DNA of 64,000 bases from Opitutia bacterium (GCA_050506795.1 JBJHCF010000008.1:66768-130767); one strand, 5' to 3'. Numbered from the stretch's first letter, positions 40,958 to 55,800 are shown. Program-made: numbers and translations. The notes: generated from the letters alone by a model not told the origin.

Positions 40958-41953
40958 TCACTCTGAACGCCAGTGCGCCACCAGTTCCTCCAGGCCGGCT
41001 TCCGTGGAAACGGCCGGATCATAACCAAGGTCGCGGCGGGCGGCGGAGATGTTGAAAAAATGATCCTTGGCCAGTTCGACCGCAACAAAACGGGTCATGG
41101 GCGGTTCTTCCTTTTTCCGCGCGGCCCCATAAACCGCCTCGCAAACCAAACCGATGGCGTAGGCGGCGCGGGCGGAGATCTTTTTCTCGATACGGGCGAT
41201 GCCAAGGCGTTCCAGGAGGTCGTTTATCCAGTCCCAGAGCACAACCGGTTGGCCCTGGGTAATGAAATACGCCTTGCCGTCGGCGCGACCCGGTTGGTCG
41301 AGCGCGGTTTCGGCCAGCAGGTGGGCGTCGGCCGCGTTGGCCGCGTGAACGATGTCGACCCGGTTCTTCCCTTCGCCCACGATACGCAGGCGTCCCCGTC
41401 GAGCCCGATCGACCACCCGGGGAATCAGGTGGTTGTCCCCCACACCCCAGATCAGGTGCGGGCGCAAGGCCACCGTACGCAGCTTACCGGGATCATTGGC
41501 GGCCAGAACCGCTTCCTCGGCGAGCGCCTTGGTGTGGGCGTAGTGACAGAGCCAGTTTCGTCCGTACGGTAACGATTCGTCGGCGTTCATCAGCGGTTCG
41601 CCGGTGAACACCACGCTGGGGGTGCTGGTATGGATCAGTTTGCCCACCCCGTGCCGCCGGCACCCTTCGAGCACGGCGAGCGTGCCTTCCACGTTCGGAC
41701 GAAAATAGGCGGCCCAACTTCCCCAAACTCCCGCCTTGGCCGCGACATGATAAACGACATCGCACCCCCGACAGGCCTCGATTACCCGCTCGCGATCCGC
41801 TAGATCCGCGCGAACGAACGCCACCCCCCGCCTCCGCAGGTCCTCATGTTCGCTCCGCCCGAGAACGGTCACCTCATCACCGCGCCCCAGAAGCCGGCCC
41901 ACTATGTACCTCCCCAGGAACCCCCCACCTCCGGTTACCAAAATTTTCGCCAT
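40958..41953 (-). CDS. oleD: OleD-like 2-alkyl-3-oxoalkanoate reductase (extended SDR)
   Basis: TGGGGFLG, HVAAKAGVWG, TSTPSVVF, Y..TK..AE, LRPHLIWG.GD. Confidence 0.78.
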   Translation of the reverse strand: MAKILVTGGGGFLGRYIVGRLLGRGDEVTVLGRSEHEDLRRRGVAFVRADLADRERVIEACRGCDVVYHVAAKAGVWGSWAAYFRPNVEGTLAVLEGCRRHGVGKLIHTSTPSVVFTGEPLMNADESLPYGRNWLCHYAHTKALAEEAVLAANDPGKLRTVALRPHLIWGVGDNHLIPRVVDRARRGRLRIVGEGKNRVDIVHAANAADAHLLAETALDQPGRADGKAYFITQGQPVVLWDWINDLLERLGIARIEKKISARAAYAIGLVCEAVYGAARKKEEPPMTRFVAVELAKDHFFNISAARRDLGYDPAVSTEAGLEELVAHWRSE

Positions 41954-42274
41954 CAGATGATAATCTCCAAACTTCCCGCGGGGGTGCAAGCGCAGCTTCA
42001 GTGTCTTCAAGCCGTTTCCGGAACCGCGGATCACAGGATGTTCCGACCGAACGGACTTTCAATTTGCGCGCCTTGATCCGCATTCTTTGGCGAAAAGTTT
42101 CGAATTTCAAATTTTCGATCGGAAATGCTTTTTCATACGGCCTTCAACGACCAAATGAAAAAGCCGTCTTCGGGTCCGGATCAACCCCGGAAATCCCTTG
42201 TCTTATCAGGCGTTCGATCCTATAACCAAATGGCAAAAACATATAGATAAGTACGCTCAAACCAGAAACGACCC

Positions 42275-44434
42275 ATGAATAGAAACGGAACCCGCGCGCT
42301 CAGTCTCTCCCTCCTCAGTCTTCTCCTCGTTCTCCCGGACAAAGCAGACGCGAATGATGAAACGTCCAGGCTGACGAACTACGTCAATCCTTTCATCGGC
42401 TCCGAACCGCTCCTGGATCCGGAATTTATCGGTTACCAACCCCCGGATGGGTGGAGGGTCTGGGCCGGCCTGACCCATCCCGGACCGGCCCTTCCGTTCG
42501 CCATGGTCCAGATGAGCCCGATCACCGAATTCGGCACCGGAAGCGGTTATCAATACGAGGACGACTTCATCCTGGCCTTCACCCACACCAACATGGGACA
42601 TTGGAATTACGCCCATATTCCGGTGATTCCGGTAACTGGAACGCTCGATAACAGTCGGCTTGGGTCGCACTTTTCGAAGGATTCGGAATCGGCCACCGCC
42701 GGGTTTTACGAGGTGTTTCTCGACGATTATAATGTGAAGGTCGAACTGACCTCGACCCCGCGGACCGGCGCCCATCGTTATACCTACCCCGAAGGCGAAA
42801 CGCCGACGGTTGTCTTCGACCTTTCACGCTCCAACGAAAGAGTGCGGAATTGGGAAATCCGGCAGGTCGGAGACAACGCCGTTTCCGGCTATCAGAACAC
42901 CGGTCGCATCGTCCATTTTTACGCCGAGTTCGATCAGGATATCGCGGACTTTCAGGCTGGAGACCGTGATTCTCCGTTATCCGTTGTCACCCTCAGCGGC
43001 GACCGGAACACGGTGACGCTCAATCTGGCTTTGTCTTATGTGAGCATTGAGAACGCGAAGGAAAACTTCGAGGCCGAAGCCGCCGGCCGGAGTTTTGATG
43101 AATTGCGGTCAAGCGCCTCCGAGATCTGGGAACAGATCCTGCGAAAAATCAAAGTGACCGGCGGAACCGCGGCGCAGAGGGAACAGTTCTATTCCGGCTT
43201 TTACCGGTCGTTCCTTTTTCCTCATCTGCGCTCCGACGTGAACGGCGACTATCGCGATGTTCGGGGAGACATTGTCAGAGCGGACTTCAACTACTACGCC
43301 ACCCCCGCTTTGTGGGATACGTTCCGCAACAAGTTGGTTTTAATGGGAACCCTTTTTCCCGATGTCACCACCGATGTTATCCGTTCGCTGATAGATCAGG
43401 GGGAAAAGAGGGGCTTTTTGCCGAACTATTTTCACGGCGACCAGGCAACCACCTTCATTGTCGGGTCCTATTTGAGAGGTATTCGCGACTTTGACGTCGA
43501 AAAGGCCTACGAGTTGATGCTGCGGAACGCCACCACTGAAGGCGGACCTCGGGAGTACATCGAGGAATACATGGAACGGGGGTATATCACCACTCCACAT
43601 GTCGAGAATCCCGATGTCGGCAGCCGGGCCAAAGCAGCCGTGACCAAAACGCTCGAGTACGCTTACGATGATTTCGCTCTCGCCCTTATGGCCGAACAAT
43701 TGGGCGACGACGAGAATTACGAACGCTTCATGGAGCGCTCCGGAAATTACCGAAATCTATTCGATCCCTCAACCGGACTCATGAGAGGAAGGCTCGAATC
43801 CGGGGATTTCGTCGAACCCTTCAACCCGTTCCACCCGCATTACTACTACATGTACCGTGAGGCGAACGCCTGGAACGCGTCCTTCTTCGTTCCTCATGAC
43901 ACCGAAGGATTGATTGCCCTGTACGAATCCGAGGCGGAGTTCGAGCACATGCTCGATCAGCTCTTCTCGATTCCCTGGAACCCGAATTATATCGCACGAA
44001 ACATGTGCTGTTTTCTCGGTCAATACATCCACGGCAACCAACCGGCGCACAACTTCCCGCACCTGTACTATTTTGTGGACCGGCAGGAGAAATCTCAGGC
44101 GGTGCTGAACACCCTTCTGAATGAATTCTACGGGGTGGGCGAAGAGGGCAAAGCGTTGCCCGGCATGGATGATGGCGGTGAAATGTCGTCCTGGTATGTC
44201 TACAACGCCATGGGATTTTACCCTTATTCACCCGCCGAGGATTATTACCTGGTGAGTGTGCCCCTCTTCGATTCCGTAACGATCGACGCGGGTGAGGAGC
44301 CGTTGAGGATCATAAGAGAAGGCCAGGGAAATCGGATCCGGGAGCTCACTCTCAACGGTGAACCGCTGGAAGCCTATCGGCTGCCGGACCAGGCCCTGCG
44401 GACCGGAGGAACCTTGCGTATCGTCGTCGAATAA
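42275..44434 (+). CDS. GH92 alpha-mannosidase-like glycoside hydrolase, secreted
   Basis: Signal peptide, YVNPFIG, PF.MVQ.SP, LWDTFR, TLEYAYDD, E.NAW, GNQP, DDGGEMSSW. Confidence 0.92.
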   Translation: MNRNGTRALSLSLLSLLLVLPDKADANDETSRLTNYVNPFIGSEPLLDPEFIGYQPPDGWRVWAGLTHPGPALPFAMVQMSPITEFGTGSGYQYEDDFILAFTHTNMGHWNYAHIPVIPVTGTLDNSRLGSHFSKDSESATAGFYEVFLDDYNVKVELTSTPRTGAHRYTYPEGETPTVVFDLSRSNERVRNWEIRQVGDNAVSGYQNTGRIVHFYAEFDQDIADFQAGDRDSPLSVVTLSGDRNTVTLNLALSYVSIENAKENFEAEAAGRSFDELRSSASEIWEQILRKIKVTGGTAAQREQFYSGFYRSFLFPHLRSDVNGDYRDVRGDIVRADFNYYATPALWDTFRNKLVLMGTLFPDVTTDVIRSLIDQGEKRGFLPNYFHGDQATTFIVGSYLRGIRDFDVEKAYELMLRNATTEGGPREYIEEYMERGYITTPHVENPDVGSRAKAAVTKTLEYAYDDFALALMAEQLGDDENYERFMERSGNYRNLFDPSTGLMRGRLESGDFVEPFNPFHPHYYYMYREANAWNASFFVPHDTEGLIALYESEAEFEHMLDQLFSIPWNPNYIARNMCCFLGQYIHGNQPAHNFPHLYYFVDRQEKSQAVLNTLLNEFYGVGEEGKALPGMDDGGEMSSWYVYNAMGFYPYSPAEDYYLVSVPLFDSVTIDAGEEPLRIIREGQGNRIRELTLNGEPLEAYRLPDQALRTGGTLRIVVE

Positions 44435-44674
44435 GGGTCGAATGGCACCCGGTTAAACAGGTTCATCGTTTGATTAAACCTAATCGAGACGAGATCACGC
44501 GTCCCTTTCCTGGATGGCGGCGCTCCCGGGCCGCCGGTGTGCCGGCAGGATGCCCGCGCGGCCATGCGGGAGCATGGCCCTCCAGGGGAAGGGCTGATGC
44601 GATCTGGCTCTGCTCCTTGATCACCGCCTTAACCGAGCAGCATTCACACCAGCGAGGCAAAGCCTCAGACCAGC

Positions 44675-44725
44675 AGTAGTGCACGCATCTTGCGTGCGAA
44701 ACTCACGCTAGAAGCGTGATCTACT
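44675..44725. repeat. GTAG-type REP-like inverted hairpin dyad
   Basis: AGTAG-T-GCACGC-ATCTT-GCGTGC plus inverted AGTAG-ATCACGC-TTCTA-GCGTGAG. Confidence 0.7.
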
Positions 44726-44785
44726 TCTTTCAACCTGATTTGAAAAACTTGACTCAACTACAACAACTTTTCGTGTTTTAGGACT

Positions 44786-46420
<1,635 letters not shown>

Positions 46421-46424
46421 TAAC

Positions 46425-46456
46425 AATTAAGGCCGCCATCGATCGGATGGGCGGCC
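46425..46456 (-). terminator. GC hairpin followed by a T-rich run, between the lipoprotein gene and oleC
   Basis: Plus strand GGCCGCCATC-GATCG-GATGGGCGGCC; followed by TTAATT on the minus strand. Confidence 0.4.
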
Positions 46457-46497
46457 TCATTCAAAAATACCAACCAAGCGGGATGACACCCGCCGGC

Positions 46498-46755
46498 TCA
46501 ATAATCATAATAGGTAAACATGCCCCACAGGAAACTCACGTTGTTACCCGTATAGGGCGCGGCGGGATCCAGCTCCGCGCGGCGAAGCGCGAGCGTGGTT
46601 TTGGGAACGGGAGCGTAACTGCCTTGCTTGGACTCATACAACCCTCCCAACACAAGTGTGTGTTTCGTTCCCATACGTTCGCTCGTAACGCAAGCGGAGA
46701 ACATGAAGGGGAGGACGAGCAAAGGGATGAGAAGGAAGAGTTTTTTCAGTTTCAT
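46498..46755 (-). CDS. Small putative lipoprotein
   Basis: MKLKK, hydrophobic stretch, FSAC lipobox. Confidence 0.65.
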   Translation of the reverse strand: MKLKKLFLLIPLLVLPFMFSACVTSERMGTKHTLVLGGLYESKQGSYAPVPKTTLALRRAELDPAAPYTGNNVSFLWGMFTYYDY

Positions 46756-46843
46756 GTAGTCGATATGAGTTTAATTCCTGTAAAGCATTCAAAGGAGCGA
46801 CCCCGGTAAATTCAAGAACAAATCAGGCAAAAAAACCATAAGA

Positions 46844-49800
46844 TCATTCCAGGAGGATCACCCGCAGACGCAGGAATCGACGAAATTCGCCGGATGGGTC
46901 CTCGATTCGCATAAAATCCCCCTGATTATTGGGTTGGGTATTCTCCCTGGAGTCGTAGAGGATTTCGTCCCAGGATTCCAGATCATTCGAAGCTTCAACG
47001 ACATAAGCGATGTCCCCCAGGTTCGGGTCCCGACGAAAAACGATCGCCGCTCCCTCCTCCGTGTACTCAACCTCCGGCAGACCGGCACGGCTGGCCTGCA
47101 GGGGATCCCTTCCCAACGCGTATTCCACCAGGTTTTTCACACCATCCCCGTCGGGATCGGCTTCAGGGCCGGCCACGGACTGATCATCGGGATCGTCAAA
47201 ATGGCTCGCCGCCCATTCGCCGTAGGTAAGGGTCGTCCCCGTTTCCCAAGTGACCCGCATGACCCGTCCGCCGTTCTCCTCCACCGTATCGACGGATGCG
47301 GTCAAAGGGCCGGAATAGGACCGGTAGGCGGTCCCGCGGAAATTTTCTTCGCCCACGGCATCGCGCAGGAAGAAGCGGAATTCGGCATTGCCGATCCGGC
47401 CGCCAAAGTCCGATGAGGTCTCGACGAAGAAACCGCCGCGGAACTCGTCACCGGCCTGCAAACCGGCTACGTCCAGAAAAATCGACACCGTATTGCCCGC
47501 TCCCAAATCCCCGCCGAATCCGCTCGTCCCGGGCAGCCGCAACACGGCGTTGCCGCTGTCAGTCCGGTTTTCGTAATTCGGAGATCCCGTTCCGCCGAAG
47601 ACAAATGCCGCCCCGAGCCCGTCAACGGGATCAAACGTTACCGCATCCAGGATACCGGCGGATTCTCCTCCGGGAGCGACGCGACCGCTGCCGCCCAGGG
47701 CGCCCACGAATCCGGTTCCCTCAATCGAACCGTTCTCCCCGGCCGCCAGTTCCGCTGCCGCCGTCATTTCACCGTCAATCCGCAAAGCGCCTTCCTCGAC
47801 CAGCACTTCCCCTTCCAGGGCACTGACGCCGGTCAGCCGCAAAGTGGCCAACCCGGTCTTAACGAACGATCCGGATCCCAAAATATTGCCGGCGAACAAG
47901 CCCGCGCTTTCCTGATTCACGGTGAGGATATGCCCTCCCCCCAGCAATAGGTCCAGGGTGCCGCCTTCGGGCTCTTCGACGTCACCGCTGAGGCCACCCA
48001 CGGTTTGCTCGGCCTGACGCAACTCCACCCGGCGTTCGCGATCGGGATCGGTGAAGATCAAAGCTCCCGGACCCAGCCGCGACCCGGGTTCCACCACCAG
48101 GAGTCCGTTCTCAACCAGGGTTCCCCCACTCCATTCCGTGTTGGCGCCTTCCAAAATCAGCGTACCACCGCCGGTTTTAAACAAATCGGCGGGACCGGAC
48201 AGGTTGCCCTCTAGCACCAGGGTTGAACCGGCGCCTTCGTCGCGATTGACATGGATGCCCGCCAGACCGCCCTCCAGCGCGATCGCGTTGGTAATGGTCG
48301 CCACATCGGTCGCGTCCGATCCCTCCTGACGCAGCGCTCCCTTGCTGGCCGACGCCTCGGGGTCGATGCCGGCGCCTTCGATCGATAGCGGACCGGAACC
48401 GAAAGTGTACGTGCGTTCGCCGGTCGATGTCAGACGCAATTGCCCCCCCGGGGACACACTCAACTGCGCCGTCTGGGAGGGTTGAGACGACTCCGTGACC
48501 TCCAACACCCCCTCCTGCACGGAAACCGTGCCGAGCAGCGTGTTGGGCCCGCGGGTCAAACGAAGAACGCCTTCCCCGCGCTTCAGCAGGGAGCCGCCCC
48601 CGGTCAATGAACCCTGGAACCTGGAATCCACGGCCTGGGCGACATCGAGCACCGTACCGTTGTCCAGGGTAATCGTGATGGCGCTGAGGTCATCCAGTTC
48701 GCCTTCGAGTAAAGCCACGGTTTGCACCGCATTGTTGAGGACCAGTAACGGTTCGGATCCATCAAAGGCGATCATTTCCAGGGGCCCGGTGCCCAAACCG
48801 GAACCCTCCTGCACGAACAGCGTTCCGGTCACAATCGTGGTTCCCCCGGTGTACAAGTCGTTGTTGCCGGTCAGCACCACCGTGCCGCCTCCGGACTTCA
48901 ACAGAGTCCCGGAGCCGGACAAGGTTCCGGAGAGCGTCAGCCTATTGGACGTGCCGTCCACATGGACATGCGAATCGCCGGCGAATTCGATGTTGTTGGT
49001 GACCGTGCCTTCGTGCACGTCGTCTTCGGAGTCCCGCATTTCCAGTTCGGGATCGAGCCGCAACGCCCCCAGGCGGCCGGCCTGCGGCAGGACAACCGGA
49101 CCTTCGTCAGGACCCAGACTATCGAGCGTCAGGTCTCCGCCAAAGGTGTACACCCGTCCGGGACCGTGCGACACCAGGCGCAATTGCCCCATGGAGGTCA
49201 CGGACACACCGGAGGTCGCGGTCGGGACGGACGACTCCGTCACCCGCAATACGCCGCCGTCGACCACAGTCGGACCGGTGAAAGTTTTCCCCCCGCCGGT
49301 GAGTGAAAGCACCCCGGCCCCTTCCTTGATCAGGCCGCCGCTACCCGTAAGGTCCTCTCGGATACGCAAAGCGCCATACTCGCCGTCGGAGGTGACGTTA
49401 TCCACCGCGATCCGCAGGGTGTCGTTAAGGGTGATCCCTTCAGAAATATTAAACTCGTGGAATCCGGTTCCGAACCCTCCTACCCTTACGATCGGCAGGT
49501 TTCCGCCGGCGCCTTGGAATGACAGTCCGCCCCCGGCCCCGACCAGGCGATTCCGGGAGGTGGTATCATTATCGAGAAACAGTCGCCCGATGGTTATATT
49601 CTGACCGAGAGAAACCTCGCGGTTGTTGTCGGCGGTGAGGTGGATGATCGCCGGTTCGCCGGCGCCGTTGGGAATCACCCCGCCGCTCCAGTTCGATCCC
49701 ACGTTCCACAAACCGTCTCCCTGAGGCAGAAACACCGGCCCCTCACGCAGATCGGCAAAAACCGGTGTCGAACCATGGGACGCCATTACGGTTCCCTGCA

Positions 49801-52800
49801 AGGGCTCATCCAGCACTGCCGCATCGAGAAGGCTCCCGTCCAGCAACGAACGCTCCTCCAACCGAAGAATACCGTCGGCGAGATTGTTCGGGATCAAGCT
49901 GCCCCAGAATCCGTCGCGTCCGGCGACCTGCCCAAGATAAAACGTGGCGTAGCGGTCGTCGACCTCGGCGCCCGTGGACTCCACTACGGTTCCGGCCACC
50001 GGACGGGAGGCTCCATCCGCGTCATCATAGAGAAACAGGAAGCTCCGGGGCCCGGCCAACGATTCCCCGTAGAGCGAGCTCCCCTGCTCGGGTTGGTCGC
50101 CGAACGGCGTCACCCGAACCGGGCTGTGGGTGGAGAGATAAAAATGGAAATCCTCACCCCCGGCGCCATCGTTTAGAAGGATCCGCATACGCAGATCGTC
50201 TCCGGGCACGAAGCGGCGATTACCGGTGGGCTCGGTCACGAACCAGCCCTCGTACGATCCGGAACTGTCAGTCGTGAATTCCGCGTGACGAACCCCCAAC
50301 TGATCCGGGGCAAAATCGGGCGCGTCGGTATTCCGGACGAATGAGCCGCCGTCGGTGAAAACCAAAAGCATATTGCCCGCGCCATCCTGGTCCGGGGCCT
50401 CGCCTTCCTCCTCGACGCGATTGCCGTAGCGGTAGGTGGCATTCGGCAGGAGCCCGTCGATGCGTACCCGATAGGCAAACGGCACACGATCGTTGTTTTC
50501 CGGCTCCACTCCCTGGATAACGCGCGGCATGAGAATCTCGGTCACCGCCGCCACCGTAAGCGGGGCACTGACCGCCGAATCAGCGTCGTCGGCCTCCGCC
50601 CGCAACCGGTATTGTCCGGGCGCATCGACCATCAGATCGTCAAACACCGCCTCTCCCCCGGAGGCCGTGCGGGTCAGCGTTCCGCTGAGATTGCCCGGCC
50701 CTTCCTCCAGGGAAACGGTGATGTCGCCTCCGAAGCTCAAGTCGGGTGTCCCGCCCTCATCACGCGCCGTCACCTTGAAGGGCATCAAAGGCTTGTCCGC
50801 CTGTCCGGCGGGATGCAGGTCTTCAAAGGCAAGCGTGATTTCCCCGGACAGATCGCCGCTGGCCACCAGAATTTCATCAATGCGCAATTGCGACCGCTGG
50901 CCGCTGTCGGGATCCAGGCGCACGCCGGTGTAATAGTACTTCCAGCGCAACTGCACCAGTGGCCGGTCCTCGGCATCGGCGGGCAGTGAAACCGGCCCGA
51001 TCACTTCGGTGTGACCCGCATCCGGGTTTCTCTGGTATTCCACCGGCATACCCACGTCGTCCAGGACGTCGAGAAACGGCCCGCTATCACCGATCCGATA
51101 CTGAAGTCGCAAGTTGTAAACGCGGCTGTTGGGCTGGACGGTTCCCGCACGCCAGGTAACCCGAATATCTTCCTCGCCGCGGGTATCGAGCGCCAGCAGG
51201 GCGGAACCAAGAAAACCGGCCTCCGGGTGATCCTGGGCATTCGAGGTGTTGATGAAAGCAAAGCCGTCACCGCCGAGGCCATTGACCCGGCTGCGGCTTT
51301 CCAGATCGTAGGGAAGTACCCAATACGAATCCATCGCCACGGCCAGGTCCGGGTCCTCGGACGCCGTTTGCTCGAAAATCATATTCGGCGGGTAGGTTCC
51401 GGCCGGCTCGTCGGCCGACCACTCATTAAAATGATAGGGGCCCGAGGAGATCACATGCGGAGTGGGGATGGCGTCCGCCAATTCAGCCTCATCAACCTCA
51501 AAAAGCGGGATGAGTGTGACATCCCCGTCGAGGTTCAAGGTAAGAGATTCGTCCGTTTCTTCGCGACCCGCCCAACCGACAAACCGGTAACCTCCGCGTG
51601 GCACGGCGCGCACCTCCACCGGGACCCCCTGGAAATAAGTGTTGGACCAAACCGGATCGGAGGAAGCCACGTTGGCGGCGGCCGACAGGTCGAATTGAAA
51701 GAGATCCTGAAACGGAGTTTCCAGGTGCACTTCCACGGCGAGGATGTTCTCGCCTGAGGTCACTGCTCCGGCATCCACCTGGTAAACGAAGGTGCCGACA
51801 TCGGGCAAAGCGAAACCGTATTTTTCCGCCAGGTACCGTTGGGCGGCAAGAATTTCGCCGCTTTCCAGTTCCCGCCCGTAGAGGATCACTTCGGCGATAT
51901 CCACCGGGAGGAAATCCGTGATCCCCTCCCCGGAATGCTTTGAGGCTCCCAGGGTCAAATTATTGACCGTGCCGCCGGTATTGCCCAACTGCACCGTAAC
52001 CGAATCACCGGACAGCACCCGGGTCATGGTGTGCGTATAGGTACTATCCGCATCGATACGAATCAATTCCCACTCGCTGGAAAACGTCGTGTTGTTCCCC
52101 AGATTCACATTCGGCTGGGTGATTCCAAGTCCGCGTCCGCCGCCGCTGCCAACATGGTAGAGCACGTTGCCCAGTCCGGCGCCGTTGGTTCCCAGGTAAC
52201 TGTCGAAACCCCCGCCGTTGTCACGTACCCGGGCCACCAGAAAGAGGGTCATGCCGTCACGGTAATCATCGATGGGGGCCTCAAGAAAGTTGTTTTGATT
52301 GCCGAAACTTCCTCCGCCTCCACTGAAGCGAACGACGGGACGACCGTTCAGCTCGTTATCGACCAGGAGCGGCTGCGCGGAATTCGATCCTTGCACCGCA
52401 TGGCTGCCGTTGCCCGAAAGATCGGTCCAAGACGTCACCCGAGCGCCGCCAAAAGTGGAGCGGGTGGTCATGTCCCCATCGGCCGCGAACCAGGCGCGCA
52501 AGTCGTCGAATTCGGGAAGCGTCCCGGAGAAGCCGTACTTCATGCTGAGAAAATCCTGTACTCCGGCAACCTCTCCCGCGGTGAGTTGACGGTCGTAAAC
52601 CAACACTTCGGCGATGTCCACCGGAAGGTGGTCGGTAATCCCCTCGCCAGAATGTTTCGACGCCCCCAGGGTCAGGTTGTTAACCGTTCCTCCGGTGTTG
52701 CCGAGTTGCACACTAACCGATTGTCCCGACATCACCCGTGTCATGGTGTGGGTGTAGGTACTGTCGGCATCGATACGAATCAGTTCCCACTGGTCCGATG

Positions 52801-55800
52801 CGGTATTGTTGTTGCCCAGGTTCACATTGGGCTGGGTGATTCCAAGTCCGCGTCCGCCGCCGCTGCCAACATGGTAGAGCACGTTGCCCAGTCCTGCGCC
52901 GTTGGTTCCCAGGTAACTGTCGAAACTGCCGCCGTTATCACGCACCCGGGCCACCAGGAACAGGGTCATGCCGTCACGGTAATCATCTATGGGAGCTTCG
53001 AGGAATTGATTACTCCCGTTGAACCGTACCACCGGCCGGCCATTGATTTCGTTTTCAATGAGAACGGGTTGATCATTGTTTGACCCCTGCGCGGCGTGCC
53101 TCTCATTGCCCGAGAGATCACTCCATGCGGTCACCCGGGTGTTGCCGCTGCCATCCGTTCTCGTGTCCATATTCCCATCGGCGGCATACCAGGCCGCCAG
53201 GCCGGATACGGCGCTCGGGCTGCTCAGGGCGCCTGCCAGCGTGGTGTGGTCGATGTCTCCTTCCGGAAGACGATGGCGCACCACCTCCTCTCCGTTGAGG
53301 TAAACCACAGCGCCGCCGGCCAAAGTCATTTCGAGGTCAAGAGACTCCGGAAGGGTTCCCTCGGTCCAGTCAAAGCTCTTGCGAAAATAGGTAGTGACGT
53401 GTTTGTCACCGGCGTTGCCGCCGTAATCGATCACGGTGTTGAACGATGCCTGGTCGCCGTAACCAAAGGCTCCCGGTCCTTCGTTCCAGCCGGAATCGGA
53501 AAACCCCGAGGTCCTCCAGGCGGTTCCCTGATCGGAGCCGTCGTCGAGAAAGCGCCAGTTTGAACCGGCGGCGAAAACCGGAGCCTGATACAAACTTCCG
53601 GTCTCGATTCCCGGACGGGATCCGTCGACGGTGAAGCCGTTGATTTCCAGCCATCCGCCGATTTGCGCCGGGTCCGACACCGAAACCCGCGCCGAACCGG
53701 GCAGATTGAAAACCTCCTCGATGTGGCCGGCCACGTGAGCCGCCCTCTGTTCGGCGAAACTTCGCATGAAGCTGCCGTTATTCGTCCCGCTCCCCCATCG
53801 CGCCCAATGCTCGCTGCGGTAGGGGGCAATGCGGGCGTTGAACTCGTCCAGCGCCGCGTCGACGCGCTCGGGGTGGAAGTGCACCGCCATCTCCGCCAGG
53901 CGGTTGATGAACCTATTACGGAAACCTTCGTTATCGAGAAGATTCTGGAAAAGGTTGGTCGGCCAGGTCCAGGTACCGAAACCGCCAAACGGTTCGACGC
54001 TTCGATTCTCCACGGTGCGCGCCAACGAGTTCCGCCCGGCGTCACCCTCAAACCCGAAATCCAGGTCCAAAACCATCCAACGCCAGCGGCCGTCATGCCC
54101 ATAGGGCGCATCGGGTTGGTACCCGTCGGTTCGCTTTCGCCAAAAATCCCTGTTGTTCTGTGGCCAGTCATGGTTACCGGCATACACATGGACCGCCCAG
54201 TAGGTCGCGAAGTTCTCGATGTCCATCAGAGTCTCCATGTGCGCGAAGTGCACTGGATCGGACAGATCGTTTTGTATGGCGTAGTTGTACATCGCCAGGT
54301 AATCATCGCGATCATCAAGAGTGCCCCGTTTGACCATCAGATTCGGTTTGGGCAAACCGGCGTAGTACGGGCCGTCCGTCATGGTAACGTACGCGGGATC
54401 GACTTCGGGAAGCACATCCAGGATGACCACGTCGTCGGGATCCATGTCGTAATGGCTGGCCACATAATGCTGATCCAGGCGCTCTCGAATATTCTTAATT
54501 CCCCAAAAGGTGCCGTTGATAAAATAGACGATGGCCCGCGAATAGGACTGCGAATCGAGCGGCAGTTCACTCAGCAATGATTGCTGCAGGGCGTCCTGGA
54601 AAAGCGTCCCATCCCAGTCGTTCCCCGAGTTCCGCAGGATAACGCGCTGGAAGCTTTCCACCGGGGCGCCACTTCCGCCGCGCTGGGTCAATCCGGGCAA
54701 TAAAGGGTAGTCAAACGAGTTCTGCTCGTCGTAGGCGCCCCGGGCGTACAATCGCAGCGAGCGTCGCCAGGAAAAATACCGCGACCAGCCGCCATGAGAG
54801 CGCAAACCGACACCCTGGGCGAGTTCACGGGCGCCGTTGTCTCCGAATATCTCCAAGTGGGCCGGCCGCTCCCAATCCATCCCCCGTCCCTGATAATTCG
54901 CCGGTATCCAACCGCTGTTGAAAGAGTTGGTCTGCGCGTACCAATTGTCGGCATAAATTCCCGGCACATATATTCCCGAATGATAATCGAAAAGATTCCT
55001 TTCGTCGGTAACGATAGACAGCACCAGGATGTCATCGTAACGGGACTCTCCTTCCGGATGAACGAAAAACGTGTGGGTTTCGGCACGACTTGGCAGAGCG
55101 CCTTCCCGAACCGCGACGGCGCGGACGGGTGTCCCGGAAAAAACAGCGCCCGGGGGAGAGTGCGGGTTGCTGCTGAAGAGTTGTGTGATGCCGGTAATCG
55201 GGTTGGCGTGACCGGACCGGTCATTGATTTCAATCGGCCCGGCATAAACAAAGGTCTCCAAGGTACGTTGCAGCAGAGACCCGTTGGGGTAGCGGGTTTT
55301 GTACGGATATGATACGGTTGACCCGCCGAGTTCGTCCGGATTGGGTTCGGTCCCGTCGAGCGTGTAAAGAATGGTCACCCCATCGGGAGCGCTCAGGGAC
55401 AGTGAAAACGGGTCGGTGTAAAAACCGCCGGTATGCGAAAAAACGGGAGGAGGGAGGATCTCATCATATCCGGGCGTGGTATTGGCCTCGCCCGGGGTGG
55501 GTTGATCGAAAAAGAACCAAGCGTCCCCCTGCCCGGGAAGCCGGCCCAGGGAAACATCCCCGGGTATGACCGTCGGCGGAAGCTCGTCGACCCGGGTTCC
55601 GTTCGGATGGGTCAGAATGACCTCCTCACCGGCGGAACTGATACTGTAGTTGGTGTGCAGCGGAGCCGCAGGATCGGTGCGGTCCTTGCCCGAAGCCCAG
55701 ACCAGCAGGAACTCATCCGGACCAATAACGCGCGCGGGAAAAACCCAGCGGAACGGCCGATCGTAGTCGTCGGAAAGCCCCCACCCTTCGAGATTTACGG

